Of a stretch of DNA of 64,000 bases, positions 43,070 to 52,882 are shown one piece after another. Under the pieces are notes generated by a model. It had not been told where the DNA came from. It did not search any database and was given only the letters and a program-made list of their open reading frames with translations. The position numbers and the translations under genes are program-made. Every line of letters begins with the position of its first letter. The first letter of the stretch is position 1. The stretch is from the sequence record MK250028.1; one strand, 5' to 3'.

Positions 43070-44620
43070 TTATGTAATTTCTTTTCGTTTTTCAAGTATA
43101 TGTTTTAATTTTTCATATTCTGTATTCGCTATTTTCTTATCCATTTTTGCTGCTTTACGCAATGCAAAATAATGTGTAAGAATCGCAGGAACAACAGCAT
43201 TTGGATCTTTTTTATAAACTGCACCAGAACATGTTTTAATCTCATCAGATTTTGGGATATAATTCTTATCTTTGAATAAGAATGATTCAGGAGAAATTTG
43301 AAATTGTCTCATTATAGATGGATATAGTGACGCGAAATCTAATCCACCTATATATTTAAATATTCCTGGTCTAGTTGGCCACACAAAAGCTCCAACATAT
43401 TGATTATCAGTTAGTTCTGTGTTTTTGTTAAATGGTTTTTCTGGTATCACCTTATAATTTGGGTACACAAAGTTACACATAACAACATGTGTTGGTTGAA
43501 TTGTAGAGAATGCGACATTTAGTTCAAGCCTCAATTCACATGCGAGCATATACCAAATTTCAGCAGTCTTTAAGAATCTGTCTATATGTTCAACCAATAT
43601 GGTATCGATGCAGTTATAGAAAACATATTCTTTGAAATGTTCTTCGAAGAATTCTTTGAATCCCCACGGGTGATTTACCTTCTTGATACCTAACGCTTTT
43701 TCTGCGACAAAATCAAGTGTATTATTTTCTTTTGGTTGGATAGTCATGTCCCATGTTTTATAAACCAATAAGTAGTCATAAATTATTTTATGCATAGGGA
43801 CTTTCACATTGATTGTTTTACCACCGGATCTTGGAGTAATCTTAAAGTTTGTGAATGTTCTTGTAGGAGAAATTCTTTCAATATCAATATTATTGATTTT
43901 ACATCTATTATAGATATATAACCAGTCGAATCCTAGAAAATTCCATCCAGACATTGCAGGAATTGGTTCGATGAATGTTATATAGTCTTCAAGCATTTCC
44001 CGTTCTGTTGGGAAAAATCTGAATTCGAATTTATATCCTTTTGTAATATCTGAACCATTGTTTTCATTTGAATACTTATCAATTTGTTCTTGAACCCATT
44101 GTTGTTCTTCTAAAGTTAAGTCTTTACGTGACCAAATGATAGTTCTAGGAAATTGAGTCATTGATATAGTATTGATACGAGTTGACGCTTCTTCTGGATC
44201 TGGAAATCCTTCATCTGAAACTTCTGTCTCAATATCACACCACCATGTTGGAGGAATATTCATTTCAAACAGAGGATCAACTGCATGTCCAAATGAATTA
44301 AGAATTTCATTTATTCTTAATTCAGGAAGTTTATCAACAGGATGTCTACGAACCCATTTATTATCATAAGACTTCCATTGGTGCATAACAGGTGAACCGT
44401 CTGGATTAAACTTATAACATTTGTTTACAAAATCATATTCTTGAAATAGAGGATCTGCATTTTGTCTGTTTGTATATTTCCATTCGAACATTGATTCTTT
44501 AGGAACAGGATATTGAAGGAATTTAACTTGTCCTTGTTTATCTATATATGATACTATTAATTTCTTTGTCGGTGTGCCATCAGGCAATAAATAATCTACC
44601 TATTCTTTATTAATTATCAT
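43070..44620 (-). CDS. Family B DNA polymerase, N-terminal piece (3'-5' exonuclease plus palm motif A; ends in the fingers)
   Basis: WWCDIETE (ExoI), GWNFLGFDW (ExoII), YNCID (ExoIII), DFASLYPSIM (motif A), ILTHYFALRK. Start MIINKEQ with Q=TAG at codon 7. Confidence 0.9.
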
Positions 44621-44651
44621 AAATGTATAATTATAATGATATATTTTCTGA

Positions 44652-45260
44652 TTAAATTATTTTAGATATTATCTTTAATTTAAGAGCTTCTTCTGAAGTA
44701 AGAATCCAATCTTTCTTTCTTGAATAATTATCCTCAAGTTCTTTTCTTGTTATTGCTGTTTCTTCAATGATTAATTTATATATCATTTCAGTAAGTCTCT
44801 TCGCTTCTTTAACATCATCTTCTAAATCTGCTGTTTTCCCGATTGCAACAGAAGATGCTTGATGAATTAAGAATGTTGTATTCTTGGTCGCGAATCTTTG
44901 TTCATAAGGAACAGAAAGAAGAATACAAATACCTGCAGACATACATGCGCCAGTTGCAGTGATATTTGTCTTGCAATGATTATTAAGCATTATTAACATA
45001 TCATGAATTGCATAACCTTGATAACATGTTCCTCCATATGTGTCTAACCATACATTAACATCTGGTATTTTAATTTCTTCTTTTATATTATGACCGAAAA
45101 ATTCTTTTAATGCTTTTTTATTCTCATCAATTATATTATTATCCCCTGTAATTAAATTAGTTACCCATTTAATAATATCATCTGATGTTTTTTCATCAAT
45201 ATCTTCTGTAATATATAAATTTCTCTTTGTTACATCAAATGTCTACAATTTATTTTCCAT
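44652..45260 (-). CDS. clpP: Second, divergent ClpP-family protease (202 aa, TAG at codon 6)
   Basis: WLDTYGG, GACMSAG (Ser), FLIHQ (His), KKDWILTSEEALKLKII. Confidence 0.75.
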
Positions 45261-45296
45261 ATATTAAAATTTATTAAATATAATTTTAGTTTAAAT

Positions 45297-45325
45297 ATTA
45301 TAGTGAGAAAATAGCGATTTGTTTA
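45297..45325 (-). promoter_or_regulatory. Class II promoter TAAACA-N17-TATAAT (clpP2-pol operon)
   Basis: 17-nt spacer, exact -10. Confidence 0.6.
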
Positions 45326-45335
45326 TATATAAAAA

Positions 45336-45371
45336 AGAGATAATAGAATTAAAATAAACTCTATTATCTCT
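45336..45371 (-). terminator. Intrinsic terminator
   Basis: 11-bp stem agagataatag/ctattatctct. Confidence 0.65.
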
Positions 45372-45405
45372 AAAAATATATTTTCATTATTATGAAAAAA
45401 GATTG

Positions 45406-46047
45406 TTATCTTCTACCACCGAAATGTCCACCACCATTAAAATTACCAGGTCTTCCTTGAGTAACTCTTGTTGAACTTCTATTTGAACCAAATCCTTGTG
45501 GTCTTCTTTGTTGATTACCAAAATTAGGTCTACCATAATTCATTGGTGGACGTTGCATATTAGTTGGTTTATTAGGTCGCTGTCCATTTCCAAATGATGG
45601 TCTATTATTTGGTCTACCATAATTCATTGGTGGACGATTTGGTTTCATAGGGGGATTTCTAAAATCATTTGGTCTACTAGGACGCATAGGTGGTTTTCTA
45701 AATTCATAACCTCGTGGTGCAGGCCTCATAAAATGCCTATAACCCGGTTGATAATGATATATAAATCCTCTTTGTCTCATATATGGAGATGGGTAAAAAT
45801 ACCAATAATTATTATACCTATATGGATAATAATAGATTCCTCTATATAAGTAATAACTTAAAATATTATTTATATAATATGGTGTTCCATACATAACAAC
45901 TGTAGAAAAATCTACTGTAGTTGAAACAGTTGTATATGTATCGTCATCATACTGTTGTGTAGATGCGAATGTTGTTGAACATGCTGAAAATGAAATAACA
46001 GCAAATAACATAATCAAAAAATATTTAATCTTTTTCATAATCAACAC
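45406..46047 (-). CDS. Lipoprotein with Tyr-rich core and Pro/Arg/Gly/Asn low-complexity tail
   Basis: Lipobox FSAC; repeats RPPMNYGRPN. Confidence 0.7.
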   Translation of the reverse strand: MLIMKKIKYFLIMLFAVISFSACSTTFASTQQYDDDTYTTVSTTVDFSTVVMYGTPYYINNILSYYLYRGIYYYPYRYNNYWYFYPSPYMRQRGFIYHYQPGYRHFMRPAPRGYEFRKPPMRPSRPNDFRNPPMKPNRPPMNYGRPNNRPSFGNGQRPNKPTNMQRPPMNYGRPNFGNQQRRPQGFGSNRSSTRVTQGRPGNFNGGGHFGGRR

Positions 46048-46122
46048 ACTTTTTATTATTTATATGATTTAATACATAATTTCTCTACAGTAAATTCATA
46101 TTTGTTAGTATGAAAATTCATA

Positions 46123-46587
46123 TTACTTAATACCAAGATGTCTGTCTATCTCATCTTGCGTCTTTACATTATAAACCATTTCATTGATACCGAAATCTTC
46201 ACTACCAAATACAATACCATCTTCATCTACACTGTAATTAGAGACAGACTTCATATATTCAAGTTTCTTTTTATCTGATGGCATTGTTTTCGCTCTCTTA
46301 TGATCATCAAAATATTGATCTTTATAAAACATCCAATAATCAAGAATATCTTTATCTGATTGTTTTTTGATTGCATCAAATGCTTCATCTTTTGTTTTAT
46401 ATGGACCTCCAAGTTTCCAGCCCACACGATATGCATGAATTTCATCTTGTGTCATATCACCTGTATAAACATCTTCCATGTTAGAATACCATGTGAAGTA
46501 TTCCTCTACATTCTTTGATTCATTAACAGATGTTGAATTACTATTCATTACAGCATTGTAAAATTCATTCTTTTGCTTTGTATTCAT
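46123..46587 (-). CDS. Hypothetical protein
   Basis: 154-aa ORF below a class I promoter. Confidence 0.7.
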   Translation of the reverse strand: MNTKQKNEFYNAVMNSNSTSVNESKNVEEYFTWYSNMEDVYTGDMTQDEIHAYRVGWKLGGPYKTKDEAFDAIKKQSDKDILDYWMFYKDQYFDDHKRAKTMPSDKKKLEYMKSVSNYSVDEDGIVFGSEDFGINEMVYNVKTQDEIDRHLGIK

Positions 46588-46620
46588 AATTTCAAATATT
46601 TTAATATGTTTAACTTACAA

Positions 46621-46632
46621 TACAAAGATACA
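46621..46632 (-). promoter_or_regulatory. Class I promoter TGTATCTTTGTA
   Basis: Identical 12-mer. Confidence 0.75.
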
Positions 46633-46654
46633 TAAAATATTTGATATTAAAAAA

Positions 46655-47314
46655 TTATTGTATTGTAATATTATATGTCCAACCATCTTTATTATAATAT
46701 ATAGAGTCACTGGGAAAATAAACTACTCCAGCGTTTGGTATATCATATGTTCTAGTTTGATATTTTGAGGACGATTCTCCTATATTCATTGTTAGACTTA
46801 CTACAGTTTCAGAAGAAGTATATCTTATAACCATATCTACAACAATAGTATTTCCTACTGGTGAATTATTTTTATAAAAATAATTTTTTACTAAATATGC
46901 ACCATAAATCATTTTTGAACTATTCTGCATATTATACACAAACATTATATCTGCTTTTCTTTCATACACAGTAACAGTTTGCTAAACTTGGAATAATATA
47001 TTTCCATTATACTTAAAAGTAATAAGGCGTGAAGATGTTGTTTCTGAGATATTATAGTATATTGACCGACCTGTTGTTTTATCTTCACTACTAGCTGCGT
47101 CACTGACTCTCGCAGAGCATCCAGATGTATCGCATGTTAATGAAAAAGTATCATTTCCTAATTTATTATTAAAATTACCATCAATATCCTATAAACCAAA
47201 AAATACCTATCTTGTTGGTAGAACACCAAAAGCACTTGTATCTAACATGCCACTTTTTGCATCCTAATTTATTTGCATAATATTTGTACCTGTATATTTC
47301 TAAAAAGTTGACAT
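46655..47314 (-). CDS. Beta-rich virion-like protein, possibly BACON-like (219 aa, code 15)
   Basis: Reads through 5 TAG codons into track ORF 46655..46969; YNISETTSSRLITFKYNG..FQVQQT. Confidence 0.5.
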
Positions 47315-47386
47315 AAAATAAAAAGTATTTTTATATCTACACCCCAATATGAAATACTATAACTTATTTTACATAACTAATAAATA

Positions 47387-47602
47387 ATGAAAATTAATTA
47401 TTCAGTCCAAATGAATTCTAAATAGATAGGAAAATTAATATATAATTTAGATTTGGGAAAATTCAATTATAAAACAAAATTATTTGAATCTAATAATAAA
47501 GATAATTGGTGGAGAAATGAAGAATCATATAATACAATAAAATATCATCCATTAAATTCAAATACAAATAATCTATTATATAAAGAAATAAGGTTATCAT
47601 AA
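47387..47602 (+). CDS. Hypothetical protein (71 aa, one TAG)
   Basis: Open in code 15; stop lies inside a bidirectional terminator. Confidence 0.45.
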
Positions 47603-47620
47603 ATACTGATAACCTTATTT
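47586..47620. terminator. Bidirectional intrinsic terminator
   Basis: 14-bp perfect stem. Confidence 0.75.
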
Positions 47621-47626
47621 TTATAT

Positions 47627-48277
47627 TTAATAAATTCTACATTCAACTGATTGATCAACTTCTCTCTCCATACAATAACTTGCAAAGAAATCAGCTTGCA
47701 TAATCAACACTGACAAAGGAACTTTCTGATATGACTGTTGCATAGAAGGTTTTTGATAATTACTCATCCATGCTCCAATATCACTCATACCCATATGCCA
47801 CATTATAGCACACAATTCTTCACCACTCAACTTAATAAATGATTGCGCAATGAAAATAGACTTCGGTGCATGTCCAAGTGGAAGTTTCTCGTCTATCTTA
47901 TATGAATAATACTTAATCCATTGGTTAGACTCATCTTTCTTAAACTTTTCATACATTACATAATTATTTGCTTTACACAAATCATGTAACAATGCGCAAA
48001 TAATTAATGAATCTTCAGAAATACTATCAATGTTTTTCTCTGGAAGTGTCAACTTTTTATATGTCTCTAAAAATCCTTTGGCCGCATAATATACATTCAA
48101 TGAATGCTGACATAATCCTCCCGGATAATTACAATGATAAATCGTAGAAGACGGTGCTTCAAAGAAATCTGATTTCTCTGAAAGCCAACTAATCAAATTC
48201 TCAATACCTTCACGCTTTGTACTTCTAAGTAACTCAATAAATTCTTGTTTATTCTTCTCTTTTACTATTTGATCCAT
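47627..48277 (-). CDS. HD-domain protein
   Basis: YHCNYPGGLCQHSLNVY, ALLHDLCK, IMWHMG, QADFFAS. Confidence 0.85.
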   Translation of the reverse strand: MDQIVKEKNKQEFIELLRSTKREGIENLISWLSEKSDFFEAPSSTIYHCNYPGGLCQHSLNVYYAAKGFLETYKKLTLPEKNIDSISEDSLIICALLHDLCKANNYVMYEKFKKDESNQWIKYYSYKIDEKLPLGHAPKSIFIAQSFIKLSGEELCAIMWHMGMSDIGAWMSNYQKPSMQQSYQKVPLSVLIMQADFFASYCMEREVDQSVECRIY

Positions 48278-48429
48278 AAATTTATTATGTTTAAAAATTA
48301 ATAATTATATTCATTATATAATTATACTTTATAAAAGTTTATATAAACAATTCATATTATTTTTATATAATAATTAAATTATAATTTTTACAATTAATAT
48401 AAATAGTATAAATTAAATAATTTAGATAA

Positions 48430-49035
48430 ATGAAATACGTTACTGCAAAAGAAGCAAAGAAATATTTTTAGATTTCAGGGTAGACACTAAAAACGTGGAA
48501 AGATTCTAATAAAATCTTAACGAAACAATTTTCATACAAGAAGATTTTGTATGATATTGATTCTGTAAATAATGATAATGTTAATTTAAATAATAGAAAA
48601 AACGTAATATATGCACGAGTTTCATGTAGTAATTAGAAATAGTCATTAGATAATCAGATAGAATTAATTAAATCATATATGATTTCTAATGGTATTAAAG
48701 TGGATGATATATATTCAGAAATTGCTTCTGGACTAAATGAAAATAGGAAAGAATTATCTAGATTAATTCATGATATAGATAATGAATAGATTAATACTGT
48801 ATATATATCATTTAAAGATAGACTAACTAGATTTGGATTTAATTATTTTAAATCAATGTTTGAAAATCATGGAACTAAAATAATTATATTAGACGAAAAT
48901 GAAGAAACAAATAAAGATTATAAAACAGAATTAGTTGAAGATTTAATATCTATTATACATCATTATTCTACTAAATTATATTCAAATAGAAGGAAAGAAT
49001 TGAAAGAAATAGAAAAAATTATAAAAAATGAATAA
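48430..49035 (+). CDS. tnpA: IS607 TnpA serine recombinase (201 aa, 5 TAG)
   Basis: N-terminal HTH; YARVSCSNQKQSLDNQ, SEIASGLNENRK, KDRLTRFG, ELVEDLISIIHHYSTKLYSNR. Missed by the track. Confidence 0.9.
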
Positions 49036-49084
49036 TTTTTAAAATAATTTAGATAAATATTATAAAGATTATAAAAGTTATAAA

Positions 49085-50434
49085 ATGCAAGTATTGAAGA
49101 TTAAATATCAAACAGATGATTAGTCATTAGATATTATACAGAATTATATGAGACAATATAGTTCTGTATAGCATTTTGTATATAATAGAAATCAAGAAGG
49201 TAAATCATAGAAAGATATAAAATAGCAACTTAAATCTTTAAATAATGTAGATTTATTAGATAGTTGGTTTATTCAATGTTCTTTCTATGATATTCCAAAT
49301 AAAAATAATGTAATATTTGGTGGAAAGAAAAATTACTTTTAGAGATTAAAGAATAATATTACTAAAGAACAATTTAAATAGAAACGATTATCAGCTATAT
49401 ATTCAATAGGTGAAGTAGTTAATAAATCAGTTAAAGGAAACAGAAAATTTCATATAGAACAAGATTTAGAAAATATTACTTTCAAACCTAATAAATCTAC
49501 TAAAATAAATTTACAACTTATAGGACTAAATAAACGTAAATAGATTCTATCAAAACTTTATTAGAAACAAGAACAAAAAGAAATAAAGATAGCTTATAAG
49601 TTAGACTTAGAATATGTTTATATAATATTTGATGAAACTAATATTTATAATTATAAAACTAAATTTATAAAGAATAGAGTTCTCTCATTGGATTTGAATC
49701 CTAATTATATAGGATGGAGTATTGTTAATTGGAAATCAGAATCAGAATTTGATGTAGTTAAATCTGGTATTTATTCTATTAAAAAGTTAAATGATAAAGA
49801 TTTTAATTTAAAGAATAAAGGGTATAGTTCTGAATCTAATGAAAGAAAATATATAAGTAATAAACGTAATTTTGAGACTATATAGATAGTAAAGAATTTA
49901 ATTAATAAAGCAATATATTATAAATGTCAATTAATTTCTATTGAAGATTTAAATATTAAATCAAGTGATAAAGTGTTTGGTAAGAGATTTAACAAGTTAG
50001 TTAATAATTCATGGTGTAGGAATACATTTGTAAATAATTTAATTAAACGATGTAATATATTCAATATAAAGTTATTAAAAGTTAAACCGGAATATAGCTC
50101 ATTTATTGGTAACTTTTTATACCGTTCATTAAATTTACCTGATATGGTATTAGCGTCAATAGAAATTGGACGTAGAGGATATGAGTTTTATAATCAATAT
50201 ATAAGTAAAACTAAAGAGATAAAAAAGAATATAATTCAACCTGATTTAAATATGTATCAAAGGTTGTACCTTAAGTCATTGGAAGAATTTAAGTTACAAC
50301 CTACATACAAGGATTTGATTGGACTATATTACTTCTTCAAAAAGTCGAAACTTAAATATCGACTTTCTACAGATTAGTTTAATCTGTAGTTTTACAGATT
50401 TTATTCAAATGTAAGTTTAATTACATTTATATAA
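49085..50434 (+). CDS. tnpB: TnpB-like RuvC nuclease without zinc finger (449 aa, 11 TAG)
   Basis: RuvC-I LSLDLNPNYIGWSIV, RuvC-II ISIEDL, VKPEYSSFIGN, RuvC-III LPDMVLASIEIGRR. Confidence 0.8.
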
Positions 50435-50518
50435 ATTATAAATGTTATAATTTAATACAATAAAATTATTTAAATATATGAAAACTAAATAAAAACATAA
50501 GATAAAATAAATTTAATT

Positions 50519-52024
50519 ATGAAAACTAAATTATTGATTTTTTTAATGTGTGCATTCAGTTTTATAGGATTTACTGGATGTTCTACAGAAGTAGAGAACA
50601 ACAACACTATCATTATTCCAGGTTATAATGGAACTGAGGTGGTGAAGACAGGTTCTAACTTACTTGTCAATGTTGGAGAAAATAAGTATGGTGAGAAAAC
50701 ACAAGCATTATCAAGAGTAAAAGCAATAACACGTGCATCCGTTGATAAATCAACTATTTCGATTACAACAGATGATCAAATCAATACACCTACAATTGGT
50801 TTGTATTCAAACTATGCATGGAATACTTACACTAATGGTCAGCAAATCTATGTTGGTGCAAGCAATGGTTATCTTTTTGCAACAACATCATTGACAACAC
50901 CTTACAAAACCGAATGGAATGTTAATAATACCATAAGTAATGGTGTACTTACATTGACATCACAGATGTTGGATGACAAATATGCTAAGCCTGTTCCTGT
51001 GACATTCTGGGGTAATCATTCATTAGTAACATCAAGTGTAGAAAAAACAATCTTTGATCCTAATGATAATGATTGGAAGAATATGGCAGTGACAAGTACA
51101 ACAAAGTCTGTTGCTATCTCAAAGTCTATTGAATACGCAAATTCAGCTGTTAGAATGAATTTGACATTAGGAACAGAAGGTGTTCTTTGTTGGTATGACA
51201 AGTATGATACATCAAAAGATGAAGCTGATGTTACAACAGTAAAGATAACAGAAGATAATATCAATACTATGCCAACTTCTGAGACAAAGACTTATGAAGT
51301 AAATGGTAAACAATATAAAATTATCAATATTGATAATATTGGTAGCAAGACCGTAGGAAATTACTTGCATTACAAAGCAGGTTATGCTATAAAGATTGCA
51401 CAAACGGACAAAGGTACAGGAAACTGGCACTTCATTGGTCCTAATGAATCAGATGACATCAACTATGAAGTTCTTGAAGCACGCATTGTTTCATCTAAAT
51501 CTTGTACTTATAAGAATGAATATCAATATGAACCAAGTTCAGATGAAGTTACTTATAAGTATGAGTTGAATGAATCACTTCAATCAGGTGAGAATGCAGT
51601 ATTCTCTATTATGCCAACATCAGAAAAATCATCTGTTGTCGTTTTGAAATGTAAAATCACAAAATTCCCAACGCAAGATCATGATAGATTCCTTTGGTAT
51701 ATCAAAGAATCAATAAAAGATAATTCACCTTACATAAAAGTTGGTGATAACTCTACATTCTATATCATTGGAAAGATTTCAACATCTGACAAGACAATAC
51801 CTACAGGTTCACCTTACTCAACAACATGGAACAAAGGTATTTATTGTCCTGATGTAATAACTAATGTAAATGTACATATTGATGATCTCACGGTAAATGG
51901 TTCCGTTGTAGTTGATCCAGATGGTTCAGATGAAACAGATATTAATAAGATACATTATAATTTCGATTATGAATATGGTACTATGGATGGTGTTTGGACA
52001 ACAGGAAATACAACAAAACATTAA
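50519..52024 (+). CDS. Large beta-rich lipoprotein (Bacteroidota surface/fimbrial-like)
   Basis: Lipobox FTGC; 501 aa, Thr/Ser/Asn-rich; TAG-free. Confidence 0.7.
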   Translation: MKTKLLIFLMCAFSFIGFTGCSTEVENNNTIIIPGYNGTEVVKTGSNLLVNVGENKYGEKTQALSRVKAITRASVDKSTISITTDDQINTPTIGLYSNYAWNTYTNGQQIYVGASNGYLFATTSLTTPYKTEWNVNNTISNGVLTLTSQMLDDKYAKPVPVTFWGNHSLVTSSVEKTIFDPNDNDWKNMAVTSTTKSVAISKSIEYANSAVRMNLTLGTEGVLCWYDKYDTSKDEADVTTVKITEDNINTMPTSETKTYEVNGKQYKIINIDNIGSKTVGNYLHYKAGYAIKIAQTDKGTGNWHFIGPNESDDINYEVLEARIVSSKSCTYKNEYQYEPSSDEVTYKYELNESLQSGENAVFSIMPTSEKSSVVVLKCKITKFPTQDHDRFLWYIKESIKDNSPYIKVGDNSTFYIIGKISTSDKTIPTGSPYSTTWNKGIYCPDVITNVNVHIDDLTVNGSVVVDPDGSDETDINKIHYNFDYEYGTMDGVWTTGNTTKH

Positions 52025-52046
52025 TTATTAAGTTATTATAAAATTA

Positions 52047-52080
52047 AAAGGAATATAAACAACTAAGTTTATATTCCTTT
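52047..52080. terminator. Bidirectional intrinsic terminator
   Basis: 14-bp perfect stem. Confidence 0.8.
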
Positions 52081-52086
52081 ATTTTT

Positions 52087-52347
52087 TTACTTATGACTTT
52101 CAATTTCTTTATTAATATCATCAATAGAAACAAGTCCCACCCATTTCTTTAATTCTTCACCATTATCACCTTCCAATACAATAACAGGAACATTTCTGAT
52201 ATTATACTTATCAATAACTGCAGATGTTTCATCATCTTCATCATCTACATCATATTTCTTTAATTCACATGTATTAAAGTTTTCCAACCTCTTATCCATT
52301 ACATTACATGGACCACACCATGTAGCACCTACTTTAATTAATCTCAT
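52087..52347 (-). CDS. Thioredoxin
   Basis: ATWCGPC; IRNVPVIV. Confidence 0.9.
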   Translation of the reverse strand: MRLIKVGATWCGPCNVMDKRLENFNTCELKKYDVDDEDDETSAVIDKYNIRNVPVIVLEGDNGEELKKWVGLVSIDDINKEIESHK

Positions 52348-52365
52348 ATTATTTAAAAATTATTT

Positions 52366-52794
52366 TTACCAACATTCATAATCTGTAATATCTTCAGAAT
52401 CACCATTTTTGTTACATACAATACGTATACAGCTACCAATACCAGTTCCTCCTTCAATAAACGAAAATGGAAGCTTATATTTACTTTTTACATTCCAATT
52501 ATCTTTATTGTAATTCGTAACATCTTCAGATTCATTACATGTTTCACATACATATGTATGGCTAAAACCACAATTCCACATATCAATTAAATATACAGAA
52601 CCTCTACCACCATTGCACACTGCTTTATGCTTTACATAAAAATTATGTGCATTCTTTTTCTCTATATCATCCATTTCAGTAAATCCATGATTATCTTTCA
52701 ATAATGCAATAGATGTGATACAAGACTGTGTACCAACATCATTCTCATGTTTATTAATAAATGATATAGACATTTCTAATTCTTTATCTGTCAT
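52366..52794 (-). CDS. Hypothetical protein (possible zinc binding)
   Basis: Cys/His pattern incl. CETC; C-terminal EDITDYECW. Confidence 0.65.
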   Translation of the reverse strand: MTDKELEMSISFINKHENDVGTQSCITSIALLKDNHGFTEMDDIEKKNAHNFYVKHKAVCNGGRGSVYLIDMWNCGFSHTYVCETCNESEDVTNYNKDNWNVKSKYKLPFSFIEGGTGIGSCIRIVCNKNGDSEDITDYECW

Positions 52795-52821
52795 CTTATT
52801 AAAATTAATTCAATATTTTAT

Positions 52822-52850
52822 ATTATATGAAAAAAGGTAAGATTTGTTTC
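52822..52850 (-). promoter_or_regulatory. Class II promoter variant GAAACA-N17-TATAAT, overlapping the pol terminator hairpin
   Basis: 17-nt spacer; hairpin aaaggtaagatt/aatcttaccttt. Confidence 0.5.
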
Positions 52851-52882
52851 TTAATCTTACCTTTATATTTTATTTACTATTA

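Larger units (their letters stand above)
48330..50460 (+). mobile_element. IS607-family element (ends approximate)
   Basis: Serine-recombinase tnpA followed by tnpB. Short TATAAA(A/T)GTT repeats at the left end, between the ORFs and at the right end. Confidence 0.75.

Noticed and set aside
48430-50520. TnpB as a Cas12f/Cas14 CRISPR effector
   Set aside because: No repeat-spacer array seen in the window; it is paired with IS607 TnpA
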